Below are positions 19,120 through 28,909 of a DNA stretch of 61,599 bases, piece by piece. Origin of the DNA: a bacterium (GTDB lineage Bacteria; Patescibacteriota; Patescibacteriia; UBA1558; S5-K13); assembly GCA_029555085.1 (NCBI GenBank), contig JAKPTO010000052.1:1-61599 (forward strand), written 5' to 3'. The translations under genes and the position numbers were made by a program. The first letter of the stretch is position 1. Every line of letters begins with the position of its first letter. Under the pieces are notes generated by a model that was not told the DNA's origin, searched no databases, and saw nothing but the letters and a program-made list of their open reading frames with translations.

Positions 19120-20145
19120 TCACTTATTAATTATATTTAAATAATAATTACAATTTTGACAATGTCCGTTTTTATCACTTCTTGTTATTATATATCCCTG
19201 TCTTTCTATGTTCAATGCCTCACATTCTGGACAATATGTATTTTCCCTCAAATCAATTGCCACATTACCCAAATAAACATAATTTAATCCAATCTTTTTA
19301 CCTATAATATAGGCGTTTTGCAATTCTTCGCTTGAAGTTTGCTTGCGAGATAATAATTGATACGAAATTTCAGGAGAAAATCTTGAAATGTGCCATGGAG
19401 TATCAGCGCCTAAATTTTCTTTTATAAACTTTGCAATATTCTGAATCTGACTTTTCACATTTGTTTCTCCTGGAATTAAAAGTGTTGTAACTTCAATAAA
19501 AACTTTTTTCTTTTTTAAATAAATTAAATTTTCCAAAACAGGATCAAGAGATGCTTTTGCTATTTTTTTATATTGATCATTGCTAAAAAATTTCAAATCA
19601 ACATTTATTGCATCTAAGTATGGAATTATTAAGTCCAAACATTTGCGACTCATAAATCCATTGGATATCCAAACATTTTTTAAATTATTTTTATGTGCGA
19701 GTTTCATTATAGGATATGCGGATTCTAAAAAAACAGTTGGTTCAGTATATGTGTAAGAAATTGATTTACTTTTTGATTTAATTGCTTCTTTAATAATTTG
19801 CTCTGAAGTCATTAACTCTCCAGGAAATTCATTATCTAACTTTTCCAATCTTTGGATTTGTGAAATCTGCCAATTCTGACAGTTTGAACACTGAAAATTG
19901 CATCCAATCGTTGCAATTGAATAAGTTTTCGATTCTGGCAAAAAATGAAAAAATGGTTTTTTTTCAATGGGATCTACATTGTTTGCAATAATCCTATTGT
20001 AATTTAGGGCATATAATTTACCGTCAATATTTCTTCTCACTCCGCATATTCCTGTACAATTTTTATTTATTTTACAAAAATGCGAACAAAGTTCACAATT
20101 AACACTTTTATCCTTATTTTTTATGTATAATAATGCTTCTTTCAT
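19120..20145 (-). CDS. amrS: AmmeMemoRadiSam system radical SAM enzyme
   Basis: CELCSHFC, DPIEKKPFFHF, CNFQCSNCQNWQISQ, YTYTEP, C-terminal CxxC pairs. Confidence 0.92.
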   Translation of the reverse strand: MKEALLYIKNKDKSVNCELCSHFCKINKNCTGICGVRRNIDGKLYALNYNRIIANNVDPIEKKPFFHFLPESKTYSIATIGCNFQCSNCQNWQISQIQRLEKLDNEFPGELMTSEQIIKEAIKSKSKSISYTYTEPTVFLESAYPIMKLAHKNNLKNVWISNGFMSRKCLDLIIPYLDAINVDLKFFSNDQYKKIAKASLDPVLENLIYLKKKKVFIEVTTLLIPGETNVKSQIQNIAKFIKENLGADTPWHISRFSPEISYQLLSRKQTSSEELQNAYIIGKKIGLNYVYLGNVAIDLRENTYCPECEALNIERQGYIITRSDKNGHCQNCNYYLNIINK

Positions 20146-20241
20146 ATAACTATTATACCATTTTAGACACAATCAGAAAACAAATATTATTAACAATTAA
20201 ACAATCTAATGAAATTCTGTTTTTATTTATTACAAAAACTC

Positions 20242-20304
20242 TTGACAATAAATTTTATAAAGAGTAAATTAAAAATATAAGCCGTCCTTAATTTATAAGC
20301 CGTC
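20242..20304 (+). promoter_or_regulatory. Sigma70 promoter followed by a tandem direct repeat (candidate operator)
   Basis: TTGACA-N17-TAAATT at 20242-20270; TATAAGCCGTC at 20276-20286 and 20294-20304. Confidence 0.6.
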
Positions 20305-20344
20305 GGTTTTATATAAAAAGCGATTTAAAATTAATTTTAAATAT

Positions 20345-21028
20345 ATGAACATTCAATGGTTAAAATTTGGGATACTAATTATAGTAGGATTAATCAATCT
20401 TACTATTGGTATAGTAATATTTACAAAATATGGGGGAGGAGAAAAATCTACTAAATATTTTGGTTTGCTTTGTGTTAGTACATTGCTGTGGTCAATAAAC
20501 ATAGGCCTTATAGCAGTCGTAAAAAATAATAGCATCTATAAAACATTAGGAAATTTAACATACACAACTGGCGCGTTGATTTTGATAAATTTCTTCATAT
20601 TCTCAATATACTTTCTACACACTACAAAAAATAAATCTTTGATACTGTTTAAAATATTAATAATAATATTTTCTATATTAACTCTGTATATTTTGTTTAC
20701 CAATATAATGGTCTCAAAAATTTATACAAAAAATAATCAAATATCATACACGCCAAACGCAATACTACATCTACTATATGGAATTTTGTTCTTAATAATT
20801 TTATTATATGCATATTACATTCTAATAAAAAAATATATTAACTCACAAGGTATTAATAAAAAAAGAATTTCAATTGTTGTGCTCGGAACTGCAATTTCTT
20901 TTATTTTAGGATTTTATTTTGACTGGTATCTTATACATATAAATGTATTTAAATTTTTCTGGTTGGGTCCAATATTTACAATAACCATGAACTTCTCAAT
21001 AGCATACCTATTATTTAAGAAAAATTAA
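20345..21028 (+). CDS. Stand-alone 7TM membrane sensor-like protein (HisKA_7TM-like) without kinase domain
   Basis: Seven hydrophobic segments; ends IAYLLFKKN where the kinase would normally follow. Confidence 0.65.
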   Translation: MNIQWLKFGILIIVGLINLTIGIVIFTKYGGGEKSTKYFGLLCVSTLLWSINIGLIAVVKNNSIYKTLGNLTYTTGALILINFFIFSIYFLHTTKNKSLILFKILIIIFSILTLYILFTNIMVSKIYTKNNQISYTPNAILHLLYGILFLIILLYAYYILIKKYINSQGINKKRISIVVLGTAISFILGFYFDWYLIHINVFKFFWLGPIFTITMNFSIAYLLFKKN

Positions 21029-21031
21029 CAA

Positions 21032-22012
21032 ATGAAAAAGGTATTTCTAATATTTTATGGAGGAACTGGGCTTTACGATAAAAAAGCCGGTCTTAAATTT
21101 GTAGAAAAATACGAGGATATTTATGATTGGCTAAAATTAATTCCAGAATTATCAATAATGGCTGAAATTGATTATACTATAATAGATAAAAATAAAGATT
21201 TACTTTCCAGGGAGAACATCGCGGAACTTCTTAAAACCATATCAGAAAATTTATCGAAATATGATGGAATAATTATTCTTCACGAAGTTGATTCAATTCC
21301 AATGCTTGCAAATACAATTTTTTGGCAAATTCAAGCGCCAGAAAAACCAATTATAATAACAGGAGCAAACACAATAGAAAAACAAACTCACATAATTCCC
21401 GATTTATCATTTAAAGCAAATTTAATAAACGCATTTCAACTTGTTGAGAGCAAAGTAGCAAGAGTAAGCGTTATATATGGAAGTAGAATTATATGTCCCA
21501 GTAGATTAAAAAGAGTTGGGCTTTCTGGACTTAATATATTTGATTCCGTGAATAAACAATACATTGCAAGAATTGACTTTGGATTATCCATAGAAGACAA
21601 AACTTATAAAGCCAAAGAAAGTGAATATTACTTTAAATTTGATAGGGATTTTGTGTTTTTCAAAACAATTCCAGGTGTAAAATTATTGGAAAAATTATTA
21701 GAAAAAAATAATGAAATCCATGCAATCATTTTTGAAGCATGGAAAAATCAAATTACAGAAAGAAGTAAATTAATAGATCTTTATAAATTAGGACAAAAAA
21801 ATAATAAAATTATAATTTTTTATAATCAAATTGGTTTTGCAAAAGATTTTTTCAAACACACCATAATAACAATAAGTAATATAACTCCAGAATGCCTAAG
21901 TGCAAAACTTTCTTGGATATTAGGACAAACAAAAAATAAATCTCAAATCAGAGAAATGCTAAAAAAAGAAATAATGGATGAGTTTTTTGTAAATGAAATA
22001 ATAAAAGATTAA
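21032..22012 (+). CDS. Type I asparaginase-fold protein with degenerate active site
   Basis: YGGT, YDGIIILHEVDS (canonical HGTDT), KPIIITGA, NLINA, TPE..SAKLSWILG. Confidence 0.8.
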   Translation: MKKVFLIFYGGTGLYDKKAGLKFVEKYEDIYDWLKLIPELSIMAEIDYTIIDKNKDLLSRENIAELLKTISENLSKYDGIIILHEVDSIPMLANTIFWQIQAPEKPIIITGANTIEKQTHIIPDLSFKANLINAFQLVESKVARVSVIYGSRIICPSRLKRVGLSGLNIFDSVNKQYIARIDFGLSIEDKTYKAKESEYYFKFDRDFVFFKTIPGVKLLEKLLEKNNEIHAIIFEAWKNQITERSKLIDLYKLGQKNNKIIIFYNQIGFAKDFFKHTIITISNITPECLSAKLSWILGQTKNKSQIREMLKKEIMDEFFVNEIIKD

Positions 22013-22018
22013 ACTCGT

Positions 22019-22639
22019 ATGAAAATATATTATTTTACAAATTTAGACAAACTGAAAGACAAATATTGGGAAAACAGATATATTGAAATACACAAATTTT
22101 TAATTAAAAATGGTGTAAACTTGGTTAGTAATTTAGAAAAAAAACTTTCTCGCGGAGAAAATGAAGCAAGAAAAAGTATAAGTTACGATCAAATAGAAGC
22201 AGTAATAATAGAAGGAACAAAAATTTCTCCTGATGCAATTTATGTTATTGCGACTGCTTTAGCATATAAAAAACCCGTACTATATTTAATGGAAAAAGGA
22301 AACGCAATCCCAGAACAACTTGAATACATAAGAAAAGATCCAAACTTGGGAGAAAATTTCTTTTTAAAATTTTATTCAAAAAATGAAAAAGACAAATCAA
22401 GCTATAAATCCATTATTCCGGACTTTTTAAATCTCCTAGAATCTGGATCTTTAATTAAAGAAAAAGTAAATGTTAAATTTACATTAAGAATTTCTCCAAA
22501 GATAGAAAGATATTTAACATGGAAATCCATGGCAGAAAAAAAAGCCAAAGCAGAATATTTAAGACAAAAACTAGAAGAAATAATGTCTAATGACCCAGAA
22601 TACAAAAATTTCCTCAGAAAAGCTCGTTCCAACTTTTAA
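22019..22639 (+). CDS. Nucleoside-deoxyribosyltransferase-like domain fused to a ribbon-helix-helix domain (putative regulator)
   Basis: EAVIIEGTKIS..IYVIATALAYKKPVLYL resembles the NDT core; KFTLRISPKIERYL...KAEYLRQKLEE resembles RHH. Confidence 0.6.
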   Translation: MKIYYFTNLDKLKDKYWENRYIEIHKFLIKNGVNLVSNLEKKLSRGENEARKSISYDQIEAVIIEGTKISPDAIYVIATALAYKKPVLYLMEKGNAIPEQLEYIRKDPNLGENFFLKFYSKNEKDKSSYKSIIPDFLNLLESGSLIKEKVNVKFTLRISPKIERYLTWKSMAEKKAKAEYLRQKLEEIMSNDPEYKNFLRKARSNF

Positions 22640-22705
22640 ATAACAAATTCCGAAAAATATGTATTTATGCTATAATTAACCAATAAATGCATATTATTTT
22701 TATTT

Positions 22706-23785
22706 ATGAAAACACTTTTAATAACACTTGACTTTTTACCAAATCGTGGTGGAGTATCAAATTATTATTACAATATTTTCAAAAATTTCCCTGACAATGA
22801 ATTAGTTATTCTTACAAATGTAAAAGGAGAGGAATCAAAAAACATAATAAGAAAAAATCTAAACTTTGGAATATTTCATTTTTTCAACACATTGAAAGAA
22901 ATAAAAAACATAATAAAGCAAGAAAAAATAGAGCATATTCTTGTAGGAAATATTTTACCAATAGGAAAATTTGCATATTTTATAAAAAAATCACTAAAAA
23001 TAAATTATTGTATTTTTATTCATGGACTTGATATAAAACTTGCGCAAAATAAATTTTTTAAAAAATTTTTAACTAAAAAAATTTTAGATAATGCAAAAAC
23101 TATTTTTGCAAACAGTGAATCAACTAAATCAATAATTAAAACAAAAACTCCGATAAAAATAATCTATCCTGGAATAAACGAGAATTTCAATAATATAAAT
23201 CAAGAGAAAAAATTAAAAATAATAAAAAAATATAATTTAGATGGTAAAAAAATAATTTTAACAGTAGGACGCGTCGTAAAAAGAAAAAATCACGAATTTA
23301 TAATAAGAGCAATAAGTGAATTAAAAAATGAATTTAATAATTTAATATATTTAATTGTCGGAACTGGGAATAATTTAGAATACCTAAAAAATCTAACAAA
23401 AAATAATAAAAATATAATATTTCTTGGCGAAATCAATGACGATGAATTACCATATTTTTACTCAATCTGTGATATATTTGCAATGATAAGTCGCGAAACA
23501 AAAAATGATACAGAGGGATTTGGAATTGTTTATCTCGAAGCTGCATTGTTTAAAAAACCAGCTATTGCTGCAAACTCTGGTGGTGCAAAAGAAGCCGTAA
23601 TTGACAATGAAAGTGGCATACTCATAAATAATGAAAATTTAGAAGAACTAAAAAATGCTATAAAAAAATTAATAACTGATGAAGATTTTAAAAATCAACT
23701 AGGAGAAAAGGCCTATAAAAGAGTGATTGAAAATTTTACATGGCAAAAAATTACACACAAATTAATACAAGAATTAAATGCGTAA
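22706..23785 (+). CDS. Glycosyltransferase family 4
   Basis: DFLPNRGGV, HGLD, TVGRVVKRKN, EGFGIVYLEA. Confidence 0.93.
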   Translation: MKTLLITLDFLPNRGGVSNYYYNIFKNFPDNELVILTNVKGEESKNIIRKNLNFGIFHFFNTLKEIKNIIKQEKIEHILVGNILPIGKFAYFIKKSLKINYCIFIHGLDIKLAQNKFFKKFLTKKILDNAKTIFANSESTKSIIKTKTPIKIIYPGINENFNNINQEKKLKIIKKYNLDGKKIILTVGRVVKRKNHEFIIRAISELKNEFNNLIYLIVGTGNNLEYLKNLTKNNKNIIFLGEINDDELPYFYSICDIFAMISRETKNDTEGFGIVYLEAALFKKPAIAANSGGAKEAVIDNESGILINNENLEELKNAIKKLITDEDFKNQLGEKAYKRVIENFTWQKITHKLIQELNA

Positions 23786-24962
23786 AACACAAAAACAAGA
23801 ACAAAAATTTGATATAGTGATGTTTTCAATGTCCAGCTACAGCGAATGGGACAGTGGGACAAGTAATAGAAATTTTCAAGTTTTAAAACAACTTAAAAAT
23901 AATCCGAAAATTGACAAAATTCTAACAGTCGATTATTTGCCACATACAATAAAAAGAGCAATTAAAAATTATAAAGTAAATATTTTAGGGAACACAAAAG
24001 GAAATATAATAAAAAAATCTCGTCTTACAAAAATTTACCAACCAGAGGAAAAAATTACGGTTTATTCAACTATTTCTAATATTTTTTCTACCAAAAAAAC
24101 TCTACAAAACATTAATAAATTCCTAAAAAAACATGGATATAAAAATGTAATACTTTGGTCATATTACCCATTAAATGCTGATTACTTTGACGAGGTCGAG
24201 CATTCTGTTTCTGTTTTTGATACTGTAGATAATTGGTGCGAACATTCAAGCTACCTAAAATTCAAGAAAAAATTAGAAAAAAATTATAAAACAATTAAAG
24301 AAAAAGCAAACATAATTTTTGTTTTATCAAAAAGTGGAGAGGAAATTTTTACCCCAAGAAAAGACAATATTTATCACATAACCCAAGGAGTTGATTTAGC
24401 TCATTATATGATGAAAAATAAATTAATAAACAATGATATAGCAAAAATTCATCGTCCAATCATTGGCTACATAGGAATAATTCAAGAAAATAGAATAAAT
24501 TTTGATTTAATAGAATACATTGCTAAAAAAAATCTCGATAAATCAATTGTTTTAATAGGGCCTATTTGGAACAAAGACCATGAAAAACTACTAAAAAATT
24601 ACTCAAATATATATTTATTAGGTAAAAAAACATATGGAGAGGCTCCTGATTATATAAACCAATTTGATGTTGGAATAATCCCGCACATGTTAAATGATTT
24701 TATAAAATATACCTGCCCAATGAAAGTTTATGAATATTTAGCATGTGGAATTCCGGTTGTAACAACCGATGCTCCTGGAATTGAACAATTCAAAGATGTT
24801 GTAAGCGTTGCAAATGATTTTGAAAAATTTAATATAGCCATACAAGAAGAATTAAATAATGACTCACAAGAAAAAATAGATAACAGGATAAAAATTATAA
24901 AAGATCACACTTGGGAAAAAAAGGTTGATCAAATGTTAAATCACATACAAACATTAATATAG
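23778..24962 (+). CDS. GT-B glycosyltransferase (TuaH-like)
   Basis: IGYIG, DVGIIP, CPMKVYEYLACGIPVV. Confidence 0.88.
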   Translation: MRKTQKQEQKFDIVMFSMSSYSEWDSGTSNRNFQVLKQLKNNPKIDKILTVDYLPHTIKRAIKNYKVNILGNTKGNIIKKSRLTKIYQPEEKITVYSTISNIFSTKKTLQNINKFLKKHGYKNVILWSYYPLNADYFDEVEHSVSVFDTVDNWCEHSSYLKFKKKLEKNYKTIKEKANIIFVLSKSGEEIFTPRKDNIYHITQGVDLAHYMMKNKLINNDIAKIHRPIIGYIGIIQENRINFDLIEYIAKKNLDKSIVLIGPIWNKDHEKLLKNYSNIYLLGKKTYGEAPDYINQFDVGIIPHMLNDFIKYTCPMKVYEYLACGIPVVTTDAPGIEQFKDVVSVANDFEKFNIAIQEELNNDSQEKIDNRIKIIKDHTWEKKVDQMLNHIQTLI

Positions 24963-24980
24963 TTTAAAAACTAATAAACG

Positions 24981-26669
24981 ATGTTCGAATACAAAATAAA
25001 AAAATTAATAGAAAATTCAACGGAAATCAAAAACCCTGAAATCGAAATTCCTCCCAAGCATGAAATGGGTGATTATGCTTTTCCATGCTTTGAGCTTTCG
25101 AAAAAATTAAATAAGCCAGCTCCGGAAATTGCAAATAAAATAGTTTCGAAAATAAAAAAACCGAGTTTTATAAAAGAAATAAAAATTATTGGTCCTTATA
25201 TAAATTTTTTCATTGATTACGCAAGTATTTCAAGGAAAATTATATGTGACATTTTTAAAGAAAAAAATAATTACGGAGTTCAAAATATTGGCAAAAACAA
25301 AACAATTGTAATTGATTTTTCTTCTCCAAATATTGCAAAACCTCTTAATATTGGACACTTGAGAAGCACAGTAATAGGAAATTCATTATACAAAATCCAC
25401 AAAACACTTGGATACAAAGTAATAAGAGTAAACCACCTGGGCGACTGGGGGACGCAATTTGGAAAATTAATTTATGCATATAAAACTTGGAGCAATTCAA
25501 AAGAATTAAAAAAAGACCCAATAAAACATCTATTTAATTTATATGTTAAATTTCACAAAGAATCAAAGCTAAACTTAAACTTAGATGATTTGGCGAGAAA
25601 CGAATTTCAAAAACTAGAAAAAAAAGATAGAAAAAATTTAGAATTATGGAAACTTTTCAGATCACTATCTTTAGAGGAATTTAAAAAAATATATAAAATA
25701 TTAAATATACAATTTGATTCATACGATGGAGAAGCTTCTTATGTTTCTCAATCCGAAAAAACTTTAAAAATTGCTAAAAAATTACTAAACACAAAAATTT
25801 CTGAAGGTGCTCTTATAGTTGATTTAGAAAAATTTAAAATGCCACCATTTTTCCTAGTAAAATCAAATGAAACAAGTTCGTATCACCTGCGTGATTTATC
25901 AGCTGCTCTTTATAGATTAAAAAATTATAAACCTTACAAACTTTTATATGTAGTAGGAAGTGAACAAGAATTACATTTCAAGCAATTGTTTAAAATTTTA
26001 GATTTAATGAAATTGAATAAAAATAGATTTTTTCATATAAATTTTGGGATGTTTAGTTTTTCTGATAACACAATGTCAACTCGCGAGGGAAACATAATAC
26101 TCTTAGAAGATGTAATAAATAAATCAATTGATTTAGCTAAAAAAATAATGCAAGAGAAAAATTCTATTGCAAAAGATGATTCTAATATTGCCAAAAAAAT
26201 AGGAATTGGTGCTGTAATTTTTGGTGATTTATCAAATGATAGAAATAAAAATATAGTTTTTAATTGGAGCAGAGTACTTGCCTTTGATGGAGATACTTCT
26301 CCCTATTTACAATATACTTATGTAAGATGTTTGAGTATTTTAAAAAAAGCAAAAAAAGAACAGAAATTAATACCAGACACAAAAATTAATTATAAATTAT
26401 TGCAAGACAGTCAAGAAACAAAACTTATAAAAGATTTAAGTAATTTTAAAAAAATAATTATAAAATCGGGAGAAGAATATAAACCAAATATTTTAGCAAA
26501 TTATTTAATTGATCTGGCAAAAGATTTTAATGAGTTTTATAATAATGTTAAAGTAATAACAGATGACAAAAATTCGACAAAAGCGAAAATTGCTTTAGTT
26601 TATTGTGTATCACAAGTAATTAAAAATGGATTAAATTTGCTTGGAATAGAAACCGTTAATAAAATGTAA
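24981..26669 (+). CDS. argS: Arginine-tRNA ligase
   Basis: SSPNIAKPLNIGHLRST, HLGDWGTQFG, MSTREG, PYLQYTYVR. Confidence 0.97.
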   Translation: MFEYKIKKLIENSTEIKNPEIEIPPKHEMGDYAFPCFELSKKLNKPAPEIANKIVSKIKKPSFIKEIKIIGPYINFFIDYASISRKIICDIFKEKNNYGVQNIGKNKTIVIDFSSPNIAKPLNIGHLRSTVIGNSLYKIHKTLGYKVIRVNHLGDWGTQFGKLIYAYKTWSNSKELKKDPIKHLFNLYVKFHKESKLNLNLDDLARNEFQKLEKKDRKNLELWKLFRSLSLEEFKKIYKILNIQFDSYDGEASYVSQSEKTLKIAKKLLNTKISEGALIVDLEKFKMPPFFLVKSNETSSYHLRDLSAALYRLKNYKPYKLLYVVGSEQELHFKQLFKILDLMKLNKNRFFHINFGMFSFSDNTMSTREGNIILLEDVINKSIDLAKKIMQEKNSIAKDDSNIAKKIGIGAVIFGDLSNDRNKNIVFNWSRVLAFDGDTSPYLQYTYVRCLSILKKAKKEQKLIPDTKINYKLLQDSQETKLIKDLSNFKKIIIKSGEEYKPNILANYLIDLAKDFNEFYNNVKVITDDKNSTKAKIALVYCVSQVIKNGLNLLGIETVNKM

Positions 26670-26671
26670 TT

Positions 26672-28141
26672 ATGAAATTAGAACCAATAATAGGATTAGA
26701 AATACACACACAGCTCAAAACAAAAAGCAAAATGTTTTGTGCTTGTTCAAATACTCCAGATAACACCAAACCAAATAGCGCTGTATGTCCAATTTGTTTA
26801 GGACACCCAGGAACGCTACCCTCTTTAAATGAACAAGTTGTAGATTGTGCAATAAAATTAGCGCTCGCATTAAATTTAAAAATAAACTCTAATAGTGTTT
26901 TTGAAAGAAAAAATTATTTTTATCCTGATCTGCCAAGTGGTTATCAAATTTCACAATTTGAATATCCATTATCTGAAAATGGATTCCTTGTAATAGAAGA
27001 AAATGATAAAAAAACAAAAATTGGAATTGAAAGATTGCACATAGAAAATGATAGTGCAAAAAGCATGCATGTTGACGGAGAAACTCTTGTTGATTTTAAT
27101 CGCGCTGGAACTCCACTTGCAGAAATTGTGACAAATCCTGATTTTAGATCCCCTCAACAAGCAAAATTATTTCTACAAAAATTGAGACAAATTTGTAGAT
27201 ATTTAAATGTTTCAGACGCTGACATGGAAAAAGGAAATCTAAGATGTGATGTAAATATTTCAATGCGTCCAATTGGCGACACAAAGCTTTATCCAAAAAC
27301 AGAAATTAAAAATCTAAACTCCTTTAGATCGGTAGAAAAAGCCATTGAGTATGAAATAAAAAGGCAAACAGAATTATGGGAAAAAGACGAAAGGCCAAAA
27401 ATACAAACAACACGAGGTTATATAGATGCAAAACAAATTACAGAACTTCAACGCGAAAAAGAAGAATCAAATGATTATAGATATTTTCCGGAACCAGATT
27501 TAAATCCACTTATAGTTTCAAAACAAAAAATCCAAAAATTATCAATTGAAATTCCAGAATTACCAGATGAAAAAATAAAAAGATTTGTCAGTGAATATAT
27601 TCTAACAAAAAATGAAGCAGAAGTATTATCTAATACAATAGAAATTTCTTCGTATTTTGAAAATACAGTATCAGAATTTAAAACACTAATATCAGAAAAA
27701 GAATACAAAAAAGAAAAACAAAAAATCACAAAACTTATTAATGGTTGGATAACTTCAGAATTATTCAAACTAATAAACAAAGAAAATATGAATATTTCTG
27801 AAATAAAAATAACCCCGTATGATTTTGCAAAATTTATTTCCTTTATTTACAAAAACACAATAAACAGTTCAAATGCGCAAAAAGTTTTAAAACTTATGTT
27901 TGATAATGGATCTGATCCAGAAGTAATTATAAAAGAAAATGATTTTAGTCAAATAAATGATGAGAGCGTCCTTAAACAATTAGCTCAAAAAATTATCGAT
28001 AATAATAAAAATCAAGTAGAAGAGTATAAATCTGGAAAAGAAAATCTAATGAAATACTTCATAGGAATTGCCATGAAAGAAAGCAAAGGAAAGGCAAATC
28101 CCGAGATAATAGAAAATATCTTAAAAAATAAATTAAAGTAA
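26672..28141 (+). CDS. gatB: Asp/Glu-tRNA amidotransferase subunit B
   Basis: IGLEIHTQL, RKNYFYPDLP, DFNRAGTPL, EIKNLNSF, YRYFPEPDL. Confidence 0.97.
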   Translation: MKLEPIIGLEIHTQLKTKSKMFCACSNTPDNTKPNSAVCPICLGHPGTLPSLNEQVVDCAIKLALALNLKINSNSVFERKNYFYPDLPSGYQISQFEYPLSENGFLVIEENDKKTKIGIERLHIENDSAKSMHVDGETLVDFNRAGTPLAEIVTNPDFRSPQQAKLFLQKLRQICRYLNVSDADMEKGNLRCDVNISMRPIGDTKLYPKTEIKNLNSFRSVEKAIEYEIKRQTELWEKDERPKIQTTRGYIDAKQITELQREKEESNDYRYFPEPDLNPLIVSKQKIQKLSIEIPELPDEKIKRFVSEYILTKNEAEVLSNTIEISSYFENTVSEFKTLISEKEYKKEKQKITKLINGWITSELFKLINKENMNISEIKITPYDFAKFISFIYKNTINSSNAQKVLKLMFDNGSDPEVIIKENDFSQINDESVLKQLAQKIIDNNKNQVEEYKSGKENLMKYFIGIAMKESKGKANPEIIENILKNKLK

Positions 28142-28157
28142 ATAAATTTAAATTTAA

Positions 28158-28182
28158 AAGTGTCGAGCTGAACTCGACACTT
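28158..28182. terminator. Hairpin between convergent genes (probable bidirectional terminator)
   Basis: AAGTGTCGAG-CTGAA-CTCGACACTT. Confidence 0.7.
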
Positions 28183-28720
28183 ATATTTTTCCCTGCAAGA
28201 GATATAAAACTCTTGCGAAAATTTCTCTTGGAATGAATAACAACCTATTCCTTGTCCATTCTTGAGTAGATAAACTATCATATGGACAAGCACTTGTGTC
28301 AATCACACAAGTATTTAACCCCAGCTTTTCAAGAGTTTTTTTACATCTCCATGCATGATCTGGGTGCGCCAAAACAAGTACTTCTTTAAAACCATGCTCT
28401 TTACACAATTCATATATCTGAAAAGCCACTTCATATGTATCAAGATACTGTCCCGGTATTCTACTTTCCCTTATTGTGTAAACAGAATTAGATATATGAT
28501 CGCCTATATTAGATTGTGCAATAATGGGCAATTCATATTTTCTAGATAGACAAGAAGCAATTTTAATTAAAAATGCATTACTGTGTCCAGGTCCACACCT
28601 TCTTGCACCAAATGAAAATGCTACTATTGCTTGGGCATTTTTGATTTGCTCTTTTGTAGCGTATTTTTCGCGCCAACAAAAGACACATCTCAATAACATT
28701 TTGACAAATCTTATTATCAT
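28181..28720 (-). CDS. YdcF/DUF218-like hypothetical protein
   Basis: YLDTYEVA, LAHPDHAWRC, QEWTR...PRE; GGAGG upstream of ATG at 28720. Confidence 0.6.
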   Translation of the reverse strand: MIIRFVKMLLRCVFCWREKYATKEQIKNAQAIVAFSFGARRCGPGHSNAFLIKIASCLSRKYELPIIAQSNIGDHISNSVYTIRESRIPGQYLDTYEVAFQIYELCKEHGFKEVLVLAHPDHAWRCKKTLEKLGLNTCVIDTSACPYDSLSTQEWTRNRLLFIPREIFARVLYLLQGKI

Positions 28721-28748
28721 TATTCCTCCCAAAATAAATTTACACTCT

Positions 28749-28776
28749 ATTATATACTATTTTTTAATTTTGTCAA
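28749..28776 (-). promoter_or_regulatory. Consensus sigma70 promoter
   Basis: TTGACA-N16-TATAAT on the minus strand. Confidence 0.65.
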
Positions 28777-28909
28777 CACGAAATATAATAAATACAGTTA
28801 ATCTCAATTAACAACTAACTATAAAATCCATTTTATAAAAATAATAAAAACATAGGTGATTTTCCCATGCACTTATTTTCTTATAAAAATTACTTTAACT
28901 CTAATTAAT

